Notes: generated by a model from the sequence alone, not told the origin. Positions 26,085-39,094 are shown, counted from the first letter of the whole stretch. The stretch: DNA of 63,121 nucleotides, filler included, from Chiloscyllium plagiosum (GCF_004010195.1; 4 parts of one record of this genome joined end to end with filler, not necessarily neighbours in it), one strand, 5' to 3'. Numbers and translations are program-made.

Positions 26085-26655
26085 AGTAAGACCGTAAGAC
26101 ATAAGAGTGGAAGTAAGGTCCATCGAGTCCACTCCTCCATTTAATCATGGCTGATGGGCATTTCAACTCCACTTAATCGCAATCTCCCTGTAGCCCCTAA
26201 TTCCTTGCGAGATCAAGAATTTATCAATCTCTGCCTTGAAGACATTTAATGTCCCGGTCTCCACTGCGCTCCGTGGCAATGAATTTCACTGCCCACCATT
26301 CTCTAGCTGAAGAAATGTCTTCTCATTTCCTTTCTAAATTGACCCCCTTTAATTTTAAGGCTGTGCCCACAGGTCCTAGTCTCCTGCCTAATGGAAACAA
26401 CTTCCCAGTGTCCACCCTTGCTAAGCCATGCATTATCTTGTAAGTTCCTATTAAATCGCCCCTCAACTTTCTAAACTCTAAGGATCCACAGCCTTCATCA
26501 TACGTTATGCCTACCATTCCAGGGATCATCTGTGTGAATCTCTGCTGGACATGGTCCAGTGCCAGTATGTCCTGTCTGAGGCGTGGGGCCCAAAATTGGA
26601 CTCAGATTTCTAAATGGGGCCTAACTAGAGCTTTATAAAGTCTCAGAAGCACAGT
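26085..26655 (-). mobile_element. CR1 3' end, (CTTA[T/C]G)-type tail family
   Basis: GTAAGACCGTAAGACATAAG tail; LEFRKLRGDLIGTYKIM. Confidence 0.85.
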
Positions 26656-27114
26656 ACCAACCTGCTATTGTCCAGTTTAATCCAGTTTAATGGGAGACAG
26701 GGGTCAACCTGCAATTCTGATTTTGCTGAGCCAATTTTGATCATTTTGGGCTGGCCTGCTTTAGATTAGGTTGTGAGTTCATCAACGTGGTTGGTTGTGA
26801 ATGACTAAGGGAGCAAACAGCCAGAGGGAAAATGCTTCTATTCAAATCAGGTTATTCAAGATTCTCCAAATGAGTTTTTGAAATGCATTCAGATCAATTG
26901 GAATACTTTCTTAATGATGCATGCAGGAGCAAAGGGATTAGGATGTCATGTATACAAATCACTAAAGCCAGTGCACAAGTTTTTAAAATTGTTTTATTCA
27001 TTTAAGGAATCTGGGCATTGCTGACAAAGCTAACAGTTCTAACCCATCCTGAATTCCTATTGAGAAGTTGCTAATGAGTTGCCTTTTTGTGTGGCTACAA
27101 TACACATGGTGCAG

Positions 27115-27447
27115 ATAGAATAGAATCCCTATAGTGTGGAATCAGGCCCTTCGGCCCAACAAGTCCACACCAACCCTCTGAAGAGTAAGCCACCTGGATC
27201 CATTCCCCTAACCTATTGCTCTATATTTACTCCTGACTAATGCACCTAACCTACACTTCCCTGGGCAATTTAGCATGGTCAATTCATCTAAACTGCAAAT
27301 CTTTGGAGTGTGGGAGGAAACCAGAGCAAACCCATGCAGACATGGGGAATGTACAAACTCCACAAAGAGAGTCACCCAAGGCTGCATTCGAACCTGGGTC
27401 CCTGGTGCTATGAGGCAGCAGTGCTAACTACTGAAACACCATGCCAC
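27115..27447 (-). mobile_element. Full-length HE1-like SINE
   Basis: Tail atagaatagaat; V-domain; head ..GCAGCAGTGCTAAC. Confidence 0.88.
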
Positions 27448-27559
27448 TCTACTGAGCCATTGTGCTGATGAGACATAAGACTATGGGTTGTAAATTTGGA
27501 AGGCACTGTCTAAGAAGCCTTGCTGAGTGCATTATATTAATGGTACACATCGACAATGC

Positions 27560-28300
27560 CCACATAAGTAACTCAGTGTGGTTTCTTTGACAGTACCTTC
27601 CAAATGTATGACCACTACCCTCCAGAAGAATAAGAGCAACAGATAAATGGAAAGAAAAGACCACTACCGATAAGTTCCTCTCCAAGCAACACACCATCCT
27701 GGCTTGGAAAACATCACAATTCCTTCATTGCCGCTGGACTAAACCATGGGTTTGCCTCCTAACAGTACTCGGGTTGCTCTGACAATACAAGGGCTGCGAC
27801 ACTTCAAGATTCAGACTACCACCTTCTCCAGGGACAGACACTAAATGCTGGCCTACCCATCGATGCCCATGTTTTTTCTTTAATAGGTTCTTTGGATTTG
27901 GGTAGCACTGCTCGACTTGCATTTATTGTCTATCCCTACTTATCCTCAAGGAACCAATTGTTAGCTGTTTTCCTCTATTACTGTAGTCTTTGGGGTGTAG
28001 GCATACTGACAGCACTGTTAAGAAGGGAATTCAATGGTTTTGACCGTGTGGCAATGATATATTTCCAATTCAGGATCATGTGCAATTTGAAGAGGAATTT
28101 ACAGATGGTCGTGTCCCTATGTGTCTGCTGCTCTTGCTCTTCAAGATGGAGGAGATTGCAGATTTAGAAGGTACAGTCAGAAGAACCTGAATGAATTTCT
28201 GCAGCACATTTTTATAGATGATGCACATTGCTATGACGGAGCACAAAGGTGGAGGTATATTGAAGGTGGTGAATGGGGTATCAATGTAGCAGGTTGCCCT
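27560..28300. mobile_element. Old LINE 3'-end fragments in opposite orientations (family also at 29245-29390 and 61880-62560)
   Basis: Shared motif ATATATTTCC[A/C]A.TCAGGAT..TTG.AG.GGAA.TT.CAG.TGGT. Confidence 0.55.
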
Positions 28301-28319
28301 GGAAGGTTTAAATCAACTA

Positions 28320-29240
28320 AGAGAAAGTGAGGATTGCAGATGCAGGAGATCAGAGTCGAGAGTATGGTGCTGGAAAAGCATAGCAGGTCAGGCAACATCC
28401 ATGGAGCAGAACAATCGACGTTTCGGACAAAAGCCCTTCATCAGGAATGAGACTTATGAGCCAAGGAGGTGGAGAGAGAATTGGGAAGGGAGGTAGGGTT
28501 TGGGGGGAAGGTAGCTGAGATGAAGGTAGATGAAGGTGGAGGGTAATCGTGATAGGTCGGAAAGGAGGGATAGATGGGAAAGAAGAGGGACAGGTAGGAC
28601 AGGTCAAGAGGGCGGTGCCGAGTTGGAAGGTTGGATCTGTGATAAGTGAGGAAACTGGTGAAATCCACATTGATGCCATGTGGTTAGAGGGTGCCAAGTC
28701 AGAAGATGAGGCGTTCTTCCTCCAGGCGTCAGGTGGTTAGGGTTTGGTGATGGAGGAGGCCCAGGACCTGCGTGTCCTTGGCAGAGTGGGAGGGGGAGTT
28801 GAAGTGTTCGGCCACGGGGAGGTGGGGTTAGTTGGTTCTGGTGTCCCAGAGATATTCTCTGAAGCATTCTCCAAGTAGGCGTCCTGTCTACCCAGTGTAG
28901 AGGAGACTGCATCAGCAGCAATGGATACAGTAAATGATTGTGTGGAAGTGCAAGTAAAATTCTGATGAATGTGGAAAGCTCCTCTGGGGCCTTGGACGGA
29001 GATGAGGTGGAAGGTGTGGGTGCAGATTTTGCAATTCCAGTGGTGGTAGGGGAAGGTGCCGAGTGTGGAGGGTGGGTTGATGGGCGGGCGTAGGTCTAGC
29101 AAGGGAGACGCGAAGGGAATGGTCTTTACAGAATGCAGCTGGGTGGGGAGGGAGATATATTTCTGGTGGTGGGATCCATTTGTAGGTGATGAAAATGGCA
29201 GAGGATGATGTATCCGGAGGTTGGTGGGGTGGAAGGTGAA
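28320..29240 (-). mobile_element. Penelope-like element family A (Neptune-like), GIY-YIG region and hammerhead terminus
   Basis: GTFPY..CKICTH Cys linker; GPRGAFHIHQNFTCTST; terminal attcCTGATGAagggcttttgtccGAAAcGTC. Confidence 0.85.
28412..28448 (-). ncRNA. Minimal type I hammerhead ribozyme motif
   Basis: CUGAUGA, stem II GGGC/GUCC, GAAA, palindromic ACGU helix III, GUC cleavage triplet. Confidence 0.65.
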
Positions 29241-29450
29241 GGTGTCAAATTTCTTGAGTGTTATTGGAACGGCATTCAGGAGATGGCTACTTGTTATAAT
29301 ATTCCTAACCTCTGACCTGTAGACACAACACTTATGCAGCGAGTCCAGTTCAGTTTCTGGTCAATAGTAACCCCCAGGATGTTGATTGTGAGATAGTGCT
29401 CAAGAAGGTTCACTTGATACAAAATGTTAACTCTGTTTTCTCTCCACTGA

Positions 29451-29785
29451 GGGAGCACAATAGTTCAGCAGTTAGCACTACTGTCTCACAGACCTAGGGC
29501 CCTGGGTTTGATTCCACTCTTAGGTGACTGTGTGGCATTTGCACATTCCCCCCATGCCTGTGGGGGTTTCCTTTGGGTGCTCTGGTCTCCGCCCACTGTT
29601 CAAAGATGTGCAGGTTAGGTGGATTGGCCATGCCAAATTGCCCACAGTGTTCAGAGTTATGCAGGCTAGGTGGATTAGCCATGGGAAATGCAGGGTTACA
29701 GGGATGGGGTGGCTCTGGGTGGGATGCTCTGTGGAGGGTTTGTTTTGACTTAATGGCCTGCACCCATAGTGTAGGGATTCTATTC
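29451..29785 (+). mobile_element. HE1-like SINE variant inserted into a PLE terminus
   Basis: Internal repeat TGCAGG[T/C]TAGGTGGATT[G/A]GCCATG occurs twice. The flanks join to ..ctctccac/atgctg.cagacc. Confidence 0.8.
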
Positions 29786-30287
29786 AATGCTGTCAGACCT
29801 GGTGAGTGTTTTTTTACCCCAGCAATTTCAGTTTTTCCTTATTGAGAGATTTGCTGATAGAATGCCAAGCAATCATTAAAATCTCTCTTGCTGGTGACAA
29901 TCATTACCTGGCACTTGTACAGCATGAATGTTACATCTTGTGGAATTTTCATTTAGGAAGAGTTGGATTTTCCAAGAGACCATAAAAAATGGAACAAGCG
30001 GAGTGGGCCCCTTGAGCCTGCTCTGTTATTCAATAGGATCACCGCTGAATGGACATTCCTCATGTCCAGTTTCCTTTTCCCCGTATCCCTCAATTCTCCT
30101 CCTGATCAGGAACTTAATTGGAATTCCTGAACGACATCCATCTATCGACCACCTCCTTCAGCAGAAAGCCTATTTATTTATTCTATCGCTGTTGGTGAGT
30201 GCTTTCTCTGTTTCCCTACGCCATTAAGCATTTTGTATCAACCTGTTCAGACATGTCATGTCACTACAACAGAGCAGGTTGGACTTA

Positions 30288-30735
30288 TAGAGTCATAGAG
30301 ACGTACAGCACGGAAACAGACCCTTCAGTCCAACCCGTCCATGCCGACCAGATATCCCAACCCAATCTAGTCCCACCTGCCAGCACCCGGCCCATATCCA
30401 TCCAAACTCTTCCTATTCATATACCCATCCAAATGCCTCTTAAAAGTTGCGATTGTACCAGCCTCCACCACTTCCTCTGGCAGGTCATTCCATATGTACC
30501 ACTCTCTGCGTGAAAAAGTTGCCCCATAAGTCTCTTTTATATCTTTCCCCTTTCACCCTAAACCTATGCACTCTAGTTCTGGACTCCCCGACCCCAGGGA
30601 TAAGACTTGGTCTATTTATCTTATCCATGCCCCTCATGATTTTGTAAACCTCTATAAGGTCACCCCTCAGCCTCTCCAACACTCCAGGGAAAACAGCTCC
30701 AGCCTGTTCAGCCTCTCCCTATAGCTCAAATCCTT
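30288..30735 (-). mobile_element. 5'-truncated HER1-type CR1
   Basis: LERLRGDLIEVYKIMRGMD; (CTATGACT) tail. Confidence 0.92.
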
Positions 30736-31845
30736 TTGAACCCAGACATTTAGGCCCGGGGGTAGGGATATCACCTGTGCCACACAACCCATGCCCCTAT
30801 ATCGTAACAGTGACTACACATTAAAAGTACTTAATCAATGGTAAAGAGCTTTTGTGATGTCCCAAGATGAAAACGTGATATAAAAGCTTTAATCTTTTGC
30901 ATCGATTAATGTGTTATGGAACAGTTGTTTCTCTGTTTTATCCATCATTCTCAGTCGTGAAGCAAAGCCATATTACATTCCTAATTATGCGTTTTAAAAG
31001 AGATAAATGGATTAGATAGAGGCAAATGCATAGAAAGCAAGTAAATTGCTCAGAGTTGACATACCCAGTAGAGAACATGTTCTGTGAACTAATCATCATT
31101 TCCATGATCTATTAGACACACTTCAAACAGCATGTTACGTCAAAACCATTCCCTGATGCGTAGATACTCTGCAACTAGTTTACAACTTTCCTAATATTCT
31201 TTAGATTAGAATTCTTTTTTGCATTTTGGATGAGAACAATGTTTTCAACCAAGCATGTACTTGGTCAAGCAAATAATACGAAACACATATCCCAAACGTT
31301 AACTAATCAATCTTGGGTAGAATGGTGATTATTCTTTTTCCTTATCAGTTTGTTATTATACACTTTTAGAGCGGGTGGGATCTGAACCCAGGCCTGTTGA
31401 TCCAGGAGGTAGGATCATTATCGATGTGCCCCTAGTGGAATGTTGAAATGTTGAAATGTTTATTTCTTCATTCACAGCAAGTGGGCATCACTGGCAAGGC
31501 CACCACTTATTGACCATTCCTATCTGCCCTTGAAAAGGCAATGGCCAGTTATCTTCTTGAACTGTTATTGTTCTTTGCTGTTCAAAAAAATTCCTTGGGA
31601 GGTGGTGGCAAAACAATAATGTCACTGGATTAATAATCAGCGAAGGTGAGGCCCAGTAATCCTGAGACCCGAGTATTGAGTTCTGGAGACTGGGTTTGAA
31701 GCCCATCGTGACGGATGGTGAAATTTGAATTCAATCGCATTTAAATATCTAATCATGACTGTGAACCAATTGCCATGAAAATCCTTTTGCTTGCCGTGAT
31801 CTTTCCATTACTCAATCTCCTTTCTCAAAGTTTATTTCGCTTTAT

Positions 31846-31968
31846 AGGAGACAGTGAGGTCTGCAGATGCCGGAGATCAGAGTGTGTAGCTGGAAAAGCA
31901 CAGCAGGATGGCAGCATCCGAGGAGCAGGAGAGTCGGCGTTTCAAGCATAAGCCCTTCATCGGGAATG
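31846..31968 (-). mobile_element. PLE terminus with a mutated hammerhead
   Basis: The reverse reads ttcCCGATGAagggcttatgcttGAAAcgcc. Confidence 0.75.
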
Positions 31969-32045
31969 ATAAAGACCTAATGCTCTGATCGCTGACACTC
32001 CCGCTCTGCTGTATAGGAGAGACAGGGCAACTGGTACACTACGTA

Positions 32046-32120
32046 CAGAGTCATAGAGTTCTCGAGATGTATAGCATGGAAACAGACCCTTCGGTCCAAC
32101 CCGTCCATGCCGACCAGATA
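32046..32120 (-). mobile_element. HER1-type CR1 tail fragment
   Basis: CAGAGTCATAGAG..GGAAACAGACCCTTCGGTCCAACC. Confidence 0.8.
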
Positions 32121-32851
32121 AGGTCGGAGGAACAAACAAAACTGGCTTTCCACAGTCTTCAGGCAATTTTCCTGCAGTGAGTTAGATGTCATTTGCCCTT
32201 TCAGCTATCTGAATGTTTCTCACTTCATCACTCACGCCCATCAGCTGTTCAGCTGGCCAGAAACCAATCAGAGAGTTGTTGTCAGGCTGATGATCTTTAA
32301 CATCCACGAGTAGTTACAATTGCACAAAGCAGTCACCTTCTTGTTGCTGGCCAGGCCTCACTTTGCATACACCTTTGTACCATGTGATCAACAAACAGCT
32401 TTCCCCCAATGCTTGAACAGAGCAGCTGTGTAAATACCACACACAATGAGTTTTCGTAACTTGTTTTCAGTGGTGCAGCAATTTCTTCCACATTCTTATT
32501 GTCTGAAAACAGTCTTCTATTTTAACATTCCACTCCACAATTCAAAATACAGAAAATTAAATGATTTTTACACCAGTGACACCCACATGCCATAAAAAAA
32601 TGAAAAAGTAAGTGAGCTTCAGAATTTTGAATCGATAAGATTTGTGGATGTGGCACCGTATTTTAATCCTGTAAGCATGTTTTCACAATTTTCTTTCTTT
32701 TTCTAAGCCACCTCAGTTCCCTACATTCTCTGTGGTCACCAGGTTTTATTGTTACTACCAATGTTTATTTTTCCACAGTGCGGTGTATGCACATGGTTTT
32801 CGGACAGGCCAGGGCATCATAATTGCTTCTGAGCTGAAACCATTGCCAGGG

Positions 32852-32946
32852 TCTAGATTAAAGTGGTACTGGAAAAGCACAGCAGGTCAGGCAGCATCCG
32901 AGGAACAGGAAAATCGACGTTTTGGGCGAAAGCCCTTCATCGGGAA
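32852..32946 (-). mobile_element. 95 bp PLE hammerhead-terminus insertion with a perfect 17 bp TSD
   Basis: TGAAACCATTGCCAGGG at 32835-32851 and 32947-32963. The core is mutated (CCGATGA..CAAAACGTC). Confidence 0.88.
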
Positions 32947-33659
32947 TGAAACCATTGCCAGGGCAGGCAGGAGGCTGTAGCCAGGGCACTTAGACAATAT
33001 CCAGTAATGAACTCTGTCTCTCCAGCGTCTGTAGATTTGGCATTATTGGTGCCAATTTAGGGGGAAAAAACTAGCATTTAGATGGCCCATGCTCACAATC
33101 GCTATGACATATACTGAAATGGGTTTTTGTTGATAGTGTCAACATGGGTATTATATAATGTGGGACTATACAGAGTAAGCAGTTTGCAACTAACGTGATG
33201 GCCAACTTGTCACTTTTGATCTCATCACTCGAATTAAACCTTTTCTTACACAAAGTCAGATCTTACCAACTTTATTCAAAAGCATTATCATCTAACTGGC
33301 AGAATTGGTACTTATTATTTGTTAACTGGCTCTTGCTGAGTTTCTGGGAGTTTGAAGGCATCGGGAAAATTTGGTGAAACCTGCAAGGAGTGGGGGCACC
33401 AGTCCTTGGCAAGAGTTCACTTCAGGCTGCATGTCTCTGAGAACAGTAATTGATCCCAGTCATGGGAGATGGAGATGCCATCACCCTTGAGCTGTGGAAC
33501 AAGAAGGGGAACAGAGACAGCTGCTGAGGACAGAGAATGAAGGGGAGAAGAGTTCTCAAGCTGGAGACCTTACTTTTACATAGTGTTTGTGAGACCACGT
33601 GTGGAGAACAGTGTGTAGTTTTGGTCTCTTTATTTTAGGAAAAATGATTCGGCCTATGT

Positions 33660-34515
33660 TGTGGTTCTGTTCGCCGAGCTGGAAGTTATTGTTGCAAACG
33701 TTTCGTTCCCTGGCTAGGCGACATCATCAGTGCTTGGGAGCCTCCTGCGAAGCGCTTCTTTGATGTTTCCTCCGGTGTTTATAGTGGTCTGTCCCTGCCG
33801 CTTCCGGTTGTCAGTTTCAGCTGTCCGCTGTAGTAGTTGGTATATTGGGTCCAGGTCGATGTGTTTGTTAATGGAGTTTGTGGATGAATGCCATGCCTCT
33901 AGGAATTCCCTGGCTGTTCTCTGTCTGGCTTGCCCTATGATAGTAGTGTTGTCCCAGTCGAATTCATGTTGCTTGTTGTCTGCGTGTGTGGCTGCTAAGG
34001 ATAGCTGGTCGTGAAATTTCGTGGCTAGTTGATGTTCATGTATGCGGATTGTAAGCTGTCTTCCTGTTTGTTCCATATAGTGTTTTGTGCAGTCCTTGCA
34101 TGGTATTTTGTACACTACATTAGTTTTGCTCATGTTGGGTATCGGGTCCTTCGTTCTGGTGAGTTGTTGTCTGAGCGTGGCTGTTGGTTTGTGTGCCGTT
34201 ATGAGTCCTGGGGGTCGCAGTAGTCTGGCTGTCAGTTCCGAGATGCTCCTGATGTATGGTAGTGTGGCTAGTCCTTTTGGTTGTGGTATGTCCTCGTTCC
34301 GTGGTCTTTCTCTTAGGCATCTGTTGATGAAGTTGCGCGGGTATCCATTTTTGGCGAATCCCTTGTATGTGTTCCTCTTCTTTTTGCAGTTCTGGTGTAC
34401 TGCAGTGTGTTGTGGCCCTTCTGAATAGTGTCCTGATGCAGCTTCGTTTGTGTGTGTTGGGGTGGTTACGTTCATTGTTTAGGACTTGGTCTGTGTGTGT
34501 GGCTTTCCTGTATAC
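33660..34515 (-). mobile_element. Penelope-like family B (Poseidon-like), left inverted arm with RT thumb and GIY-YIG
   Basis: TLPYIRSISELTARLL; VVYKIPCKDCTKHYMEQTGRQLTIRIHEH; REFLEAWHS..SINK. Confidence 0.92.
33694..33734 (-). ncRNA. Hammerhead-like motif of PLE family B
   Basis: gcaCUGAUGA-u-gucgccuagccagggaac-GAAAcGUU-ugc. Helix I is GCA/UGC and helix II is imperfect. The right-arm copy (~35566) has a C>G change in the core. Confidence 0.5.
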
Positions 34516-35672
34516 CATTAAAAATACGGAAATAGAAAAAACACACCGGATCATCAACACCACACTCACAGGAATCCGATTCACGAAAGAAGAAGAAAAG
34601 GATAGCCAACTCCAATTCCTAGACGTGATGGTACAGAGAACACCAAACGGAGAATTCACCACTAAGGTCCACAGGAAAGCCACACACACAGACCAAGTCC
34701 GAAACTATGAAAGTAACCACCCAAACACACACAAACGAAGCTGCATCAGGACACTATTCAAAAGGGCCACAACACACTGCAGTACACCAGAACTGCAAAA
34801 AGAAGAAGAGGAACACCTATACAAGGTATTCGCCAAAAACAGATACCCGCGCAACTTCATCAACAGATGCCTAAGAGAAAGACCACGGAACGAGGACATA
34901 CCACAACCAAAAGGACTAGCCACACTACCATACATCAGGAACATCTCAGAACTGACAGCCAGACNNNNNNNNNNNNNNNNNNNNNNNNNNNNNNNNNNNN
35001 NNNNNNNNNNNNNNNNNNNNNNNNNNNNNNNNNNNNNNNNNNNNNNNNNNNNNNNNNNNNNNNNNNNNNNNNNNNNNNNNNNNNNNNNNNNNNNNNNNNN
35101 NNNNNNNNNNNNNNNNNNNNNNNNNNNNNNNNNNNNNNNNNNNNNNNNNNNNNNNNNNNNNNNNNNNNNNNNNNNNNNNNNNNNNNNNNNNNNNNNNNNN
35201 NNNNNNNNNNNNNNNNNNNNNNNNNNNNNNNNNNNNNNNNNNNNNNNNNNNNNNNNNNNNNNNNNNNNNNNNNNNNNNNNNNNNNNNNNNNNNNNNNNNN
35301 NNNNNNNNNNNNNNNNNNNNNNNNNNNNNNNNNNNNNNNNNNNNNNNNNNNNNNNNNNNATAGGTCAAGCCAGACAGAGAACAGCCAGGGAATTCCTAGA
35401 GGCATGGCATTCATCCACAAACTTCATCAACAAACACATCGACCTGGACCCAATATACCAACCACTACAGCGGACAGCTGAAACTGACAACCGGAAGCGG
35501 CAGGGACAGACCACTATAAACACTGGGGGAAACATCAAAGAAGCGCTTCGCAGGAGGCTCCCAAGCAGTGATGATGTCGTCTAGCCAGGGAACGAAACGT
35601 TTGCAACAAAAACTTCCAGCTCGGCGAACAGAACCACAACAACGAGCACCCGAGCTACAAATCTTTGCACAA
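34516..35672 (+). mobile_element. Penelope-like family B, right arm (gap at 34965-35359)
   Basis: IRFTKEEEKDSQLQFLDVMV..VHRKATHTDQ..NHPNTHKRS. Near-identical to the left arm. Confidence 0.92.
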
Positions 35673-36862
35673 ATTAGGCCTATGTCCACTGGGGGTCAGT
35701 AAGAATGCAAGATGATCTTATTGAAACATGTAAGGCCTTGAGGGGAAAGGATAGGGTGGATAGCAGGACGATGCCTCTCTCTTTTGGGAGAATTAAGCTA
35801 CCGGAAGTTGTTTAAGAATAACAAGACCGAGATGAAAAGTACTTTGTCCCCACACAGGGTTAGCAGTATGTGAAATTATCTCCTGCAGAAAGTAGTGGAG
35901 GCTGAGCCTTTTGTACAATTCTGGGCGCGGTAGTTTGATAGACAAGGGAGTGAAGCATTGAGGTGTCGATGGAAAAATCAAGGTGCAATCACAATCAAAT
36001 TAGACATGATCTTATTAAATGATTGAGCAGGTTTGAAGAACCAAATAGCTTTCTCCTGTTTCTAAGACCATTGTGCATCTGCACCCAGCTGGACTCCTCT
36101 GGGAGCATTTCTCCTTCATACACTCAACCTCGGAGTGTTGCGTTTATTGACAGCTGTTCATCCAGGAGTAGGGTACACCTTGGAGCCAGGCTTTCAGGTC
36201 CAGAGTGATATTGCCGGAGATATCAAGCTCACCATATGATGATTATCATCAGCAGATCCTTCCAGGCTAAAACAGCAAACATACTACATGTGCATCCAGG
36301 AGGTGTTAGAGTCTCTGCCTGTCAGGACAGGGCATCTTATTGTCTCTTGTCTAGATGGAGAGAAGCTAGAGAAGGGACACCTGACTTTGCCAGGATAGTG
36401 GTGGAGAACATGACTACCGCATCTTAATGCTGAATTGTGTTGAAACCATTCCAGGTCAAATGACTGACTATGTAGTTGTCATGAGATCAGACCGAGCTAC
36501 TAGGTTGGACCCAAAGGCGGCGAGTCAACCACAAGGAAGACCCACTTTACACACACGGCTGATAATTCCCCACCATGTGACCAGTTCTCATATCCTGCAA
36601 CAGGGAGCATAGGTGGGGACAGCAGCAGCAGTTCTATTATGTGACCACTCTGGAGTGCCACTCACTGGAGAGGGTTTCCCTATCCAGGGCCCCTTGCTGC
36701 ATCCTCCATACCCATCTAAGGGCCACAACTCTTGCCATTAAGAGTTTGCAAGCAATCATGAGGAAGTGGATTAGGAAGAAAGGAGGCAGGTGCCACATTC
36801 ATGTTCCTGATGGTTTGTCTGCAAGTGCGTTATTAGATTAACCCTCTAATCCTTTGATTTAA

Positions 36863-37634
36863 ATCCCAGATCCCTCTCTCTTTTGGGAGAATGAAGCTAC
36901 CGGACGTGGCTTAGAAATAACAAGACAGAGATGAGAAATACTTTGTCCCCACACAGGGTTAGCAGTATGTGAAATTATGAATAAAGTTCCATGTATGCTC
37001 CCTTTGTGATGGACGATCACACACGCACTTTCTTAGCCACTCTCCTGAAATATGAATAGCCAAAATGAAAACATTCCTGGTCAATGTTATTCAACAAGCC
37101 ATCCAATGTTCTTGCACATTTTGCCTGTCCTGCAGCTTCCTGTGCCAGGTTTACTGCTTTTATTTTTTTTTTAGATTAGATTCCCTACAATGTGGAAACA
37201 GGCCCTTCGGCCCAACAAGTCCACACCGACCCGCCGAAGCGTAACCCACCCAGACCCATTCTACTACATTTACCCCTTCACCTAATACTACGGGCAATTT
37301 AATGTGGCCAATCCACCCTAACCTGCACATTATCCCAGATCCCTCTCTCTTTTGGGAGAATGAAGCTACCGGACGTCACTTAGAAATAACAAGAAGAGAT
37401 GAGAAATACTTTGTCCCCACACAGGGTTAGCAGTATGTGAAATTATGAATAAAGTTCCACGTATGGTCCCTTTGTGATGGACGATCACACACACACACAC
37501 CTTCTTAGCCACTCTCCTGACATTTGAACAGCCAAAATGAAAACATTCCTGGTCAATGTTATTCAACAAGCCATCCAATGTTCTTGCACATTATGCCTGT
37601 CCTGCAGCTTCCTGTGGCAGGTTTTGTGCTCTTA
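36863..37634. repeat. ~300 bp direct duplication (36863-37162 / 37332-37634) flanking a truncated HE1 SINE
   Basis: Near-identical blocks start ATCCCAGATCCCTCTCTCTTTTGGGAGAATGAAGCTACCGGACG. Confidence 0.9.
37163..37331 (-). mobile_element. 5'-truncated HE1-like SINE 3' half with poly(A)
   Basis: T-run followed by agattagattccctac..ggaaacaggcccttcggccc. Confidence 0.88.
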
Positions 37635-38284
37635 TGTAGCTCTACTCCAGTGACTGGTGGAAGGCTGCTGACTTTCAGTGGAAGGAACTACTCTAAGCCT
37701 TCACTGCTTCATTTCCTCGTGGGCAGAAGCAATAGGGCCTGGCTGACTGACTGATAACACCAGGGATATGTGGCAGTGGCTGGGGGTAGGGAGGTGAGGG
37801 GTGGGGGGGTGGGGGGAGTGGCGATGTGTGGTGGGGTTGGAGAATGGCTAAGGACAATTGCTGTCATCCTCCAAGACTCAGTAGGCTTGGGCTACACTGA
37901 GCCACTATTATTGCCTCCGCCCCCCTCCGCATCCAAGACCAGGATGGCAACATTCTGATTGTACACTGCAACTGGATGGACCTGCATTGGAGAACTGCAG
38001 CTGAGGTGACAACACTATGGTGGGAGGTCAGCATCACTGAGAGGAGAGAGTGAGGGTGAACATTCCCTCTACACTGTGTGCCCACATGGTTGCTAGGAAG
38101 CTCAACGCACATTAATCAACTTCTGACGAATGGCTGCCATACTCAGACATTAGAGGTCTGTACAATGACAAAAGCAAATGACAGAGAACAATATGGGTGA
38201 CATAAGGACCCCACAGCAGACAGTCCGCAGCACCAAAGCAGATTTAGAAAAGGAAATCTTAGAATACAAGGATTCCTTTTCTAA

Positions 38285-38698
38285 TGGACTGGGCTGTTTT
38301 CCCTGGAGCTTCGGAGGCTGAGGGGCAACTTTATAAAGGTTCATAACGTCAAGAGGGGCACGGATAGGGTAAATAGACAAGGTGTTTTCCTGAGATGGCA
38401 GAGTCCAAACTAGAGGCATAGGTTTAGGTTGAGAGGGGAAGGATTTAAAAGGGAGCTAAGGGGCAACCTTTTCACACAAAGGGTGGTGCATGTATGGAAT
38501 GAGCTGTCAGAGGAAGTGGTGGAGGCTGGTACAATGATAACATTTAAAAGGCAGCTGGATGGGTATATAAATAGGAAGAATTTAGAGGGATATGGGCCAA
38601 GTGCTGGTAAATGGGACTCGATTAGTTTAGGAAATCGGGTCAGTAATGATGACTTGGACAGAAGGATCTGTTTCCGTGCTGTACATCTCTATGACTAT
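38285..38698 (+). mobile_element. 5'-truncated HER1-type CR1
   Basis: LFTQRVVHVWNELSEEVVEAG; CTCTATGACT tail. Confidence 0.9.
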
Positions 38699-39094
38699 TA
38701 GTGAACCAGGCAGAGTTTGATGACAATCAACAGCAGTTACAATTTGGCTAACTTTAAATTCCTGATTTTTTTTGTCCTGAATTCAAATTTCATCATTTGC
38801 TATCGTGGGATTTGAGCTAACAACCCAACAGCTGAAGCTGGGATTCGAGGTTACTAATGCAGTGATATCACCACTACTGTCCCTCAATAATAACCTTTAC
38901 TTAGATTTCAAACACTTGTCTTAAACCAAAAGTTAATTCTTCTGAATTGGATGAATAATCAACCATCTTGTGTCACTGCTACCTTGAGGTGCTCTCCCTC
39001 GCGGTTCATTCATTAATCCTGTCACATTACAGAATTTCAAATCTAATATAACCTGCTCCCCGCTCAGTTCCGGGAAAGTCAATGACCTACTTCA

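Noticed and set aside
34367..35584. 405 aa ORF and other long X-containing ORFs (58294-59242)
   Set aside because: They read through N gaps, and the 405 aa ORF also crosses an inversion junction. They are not real genes.
37780..37840. G-run cluster (potential G-quadruplex)
   Set aside because: A common low-complexity feature with no functional context.
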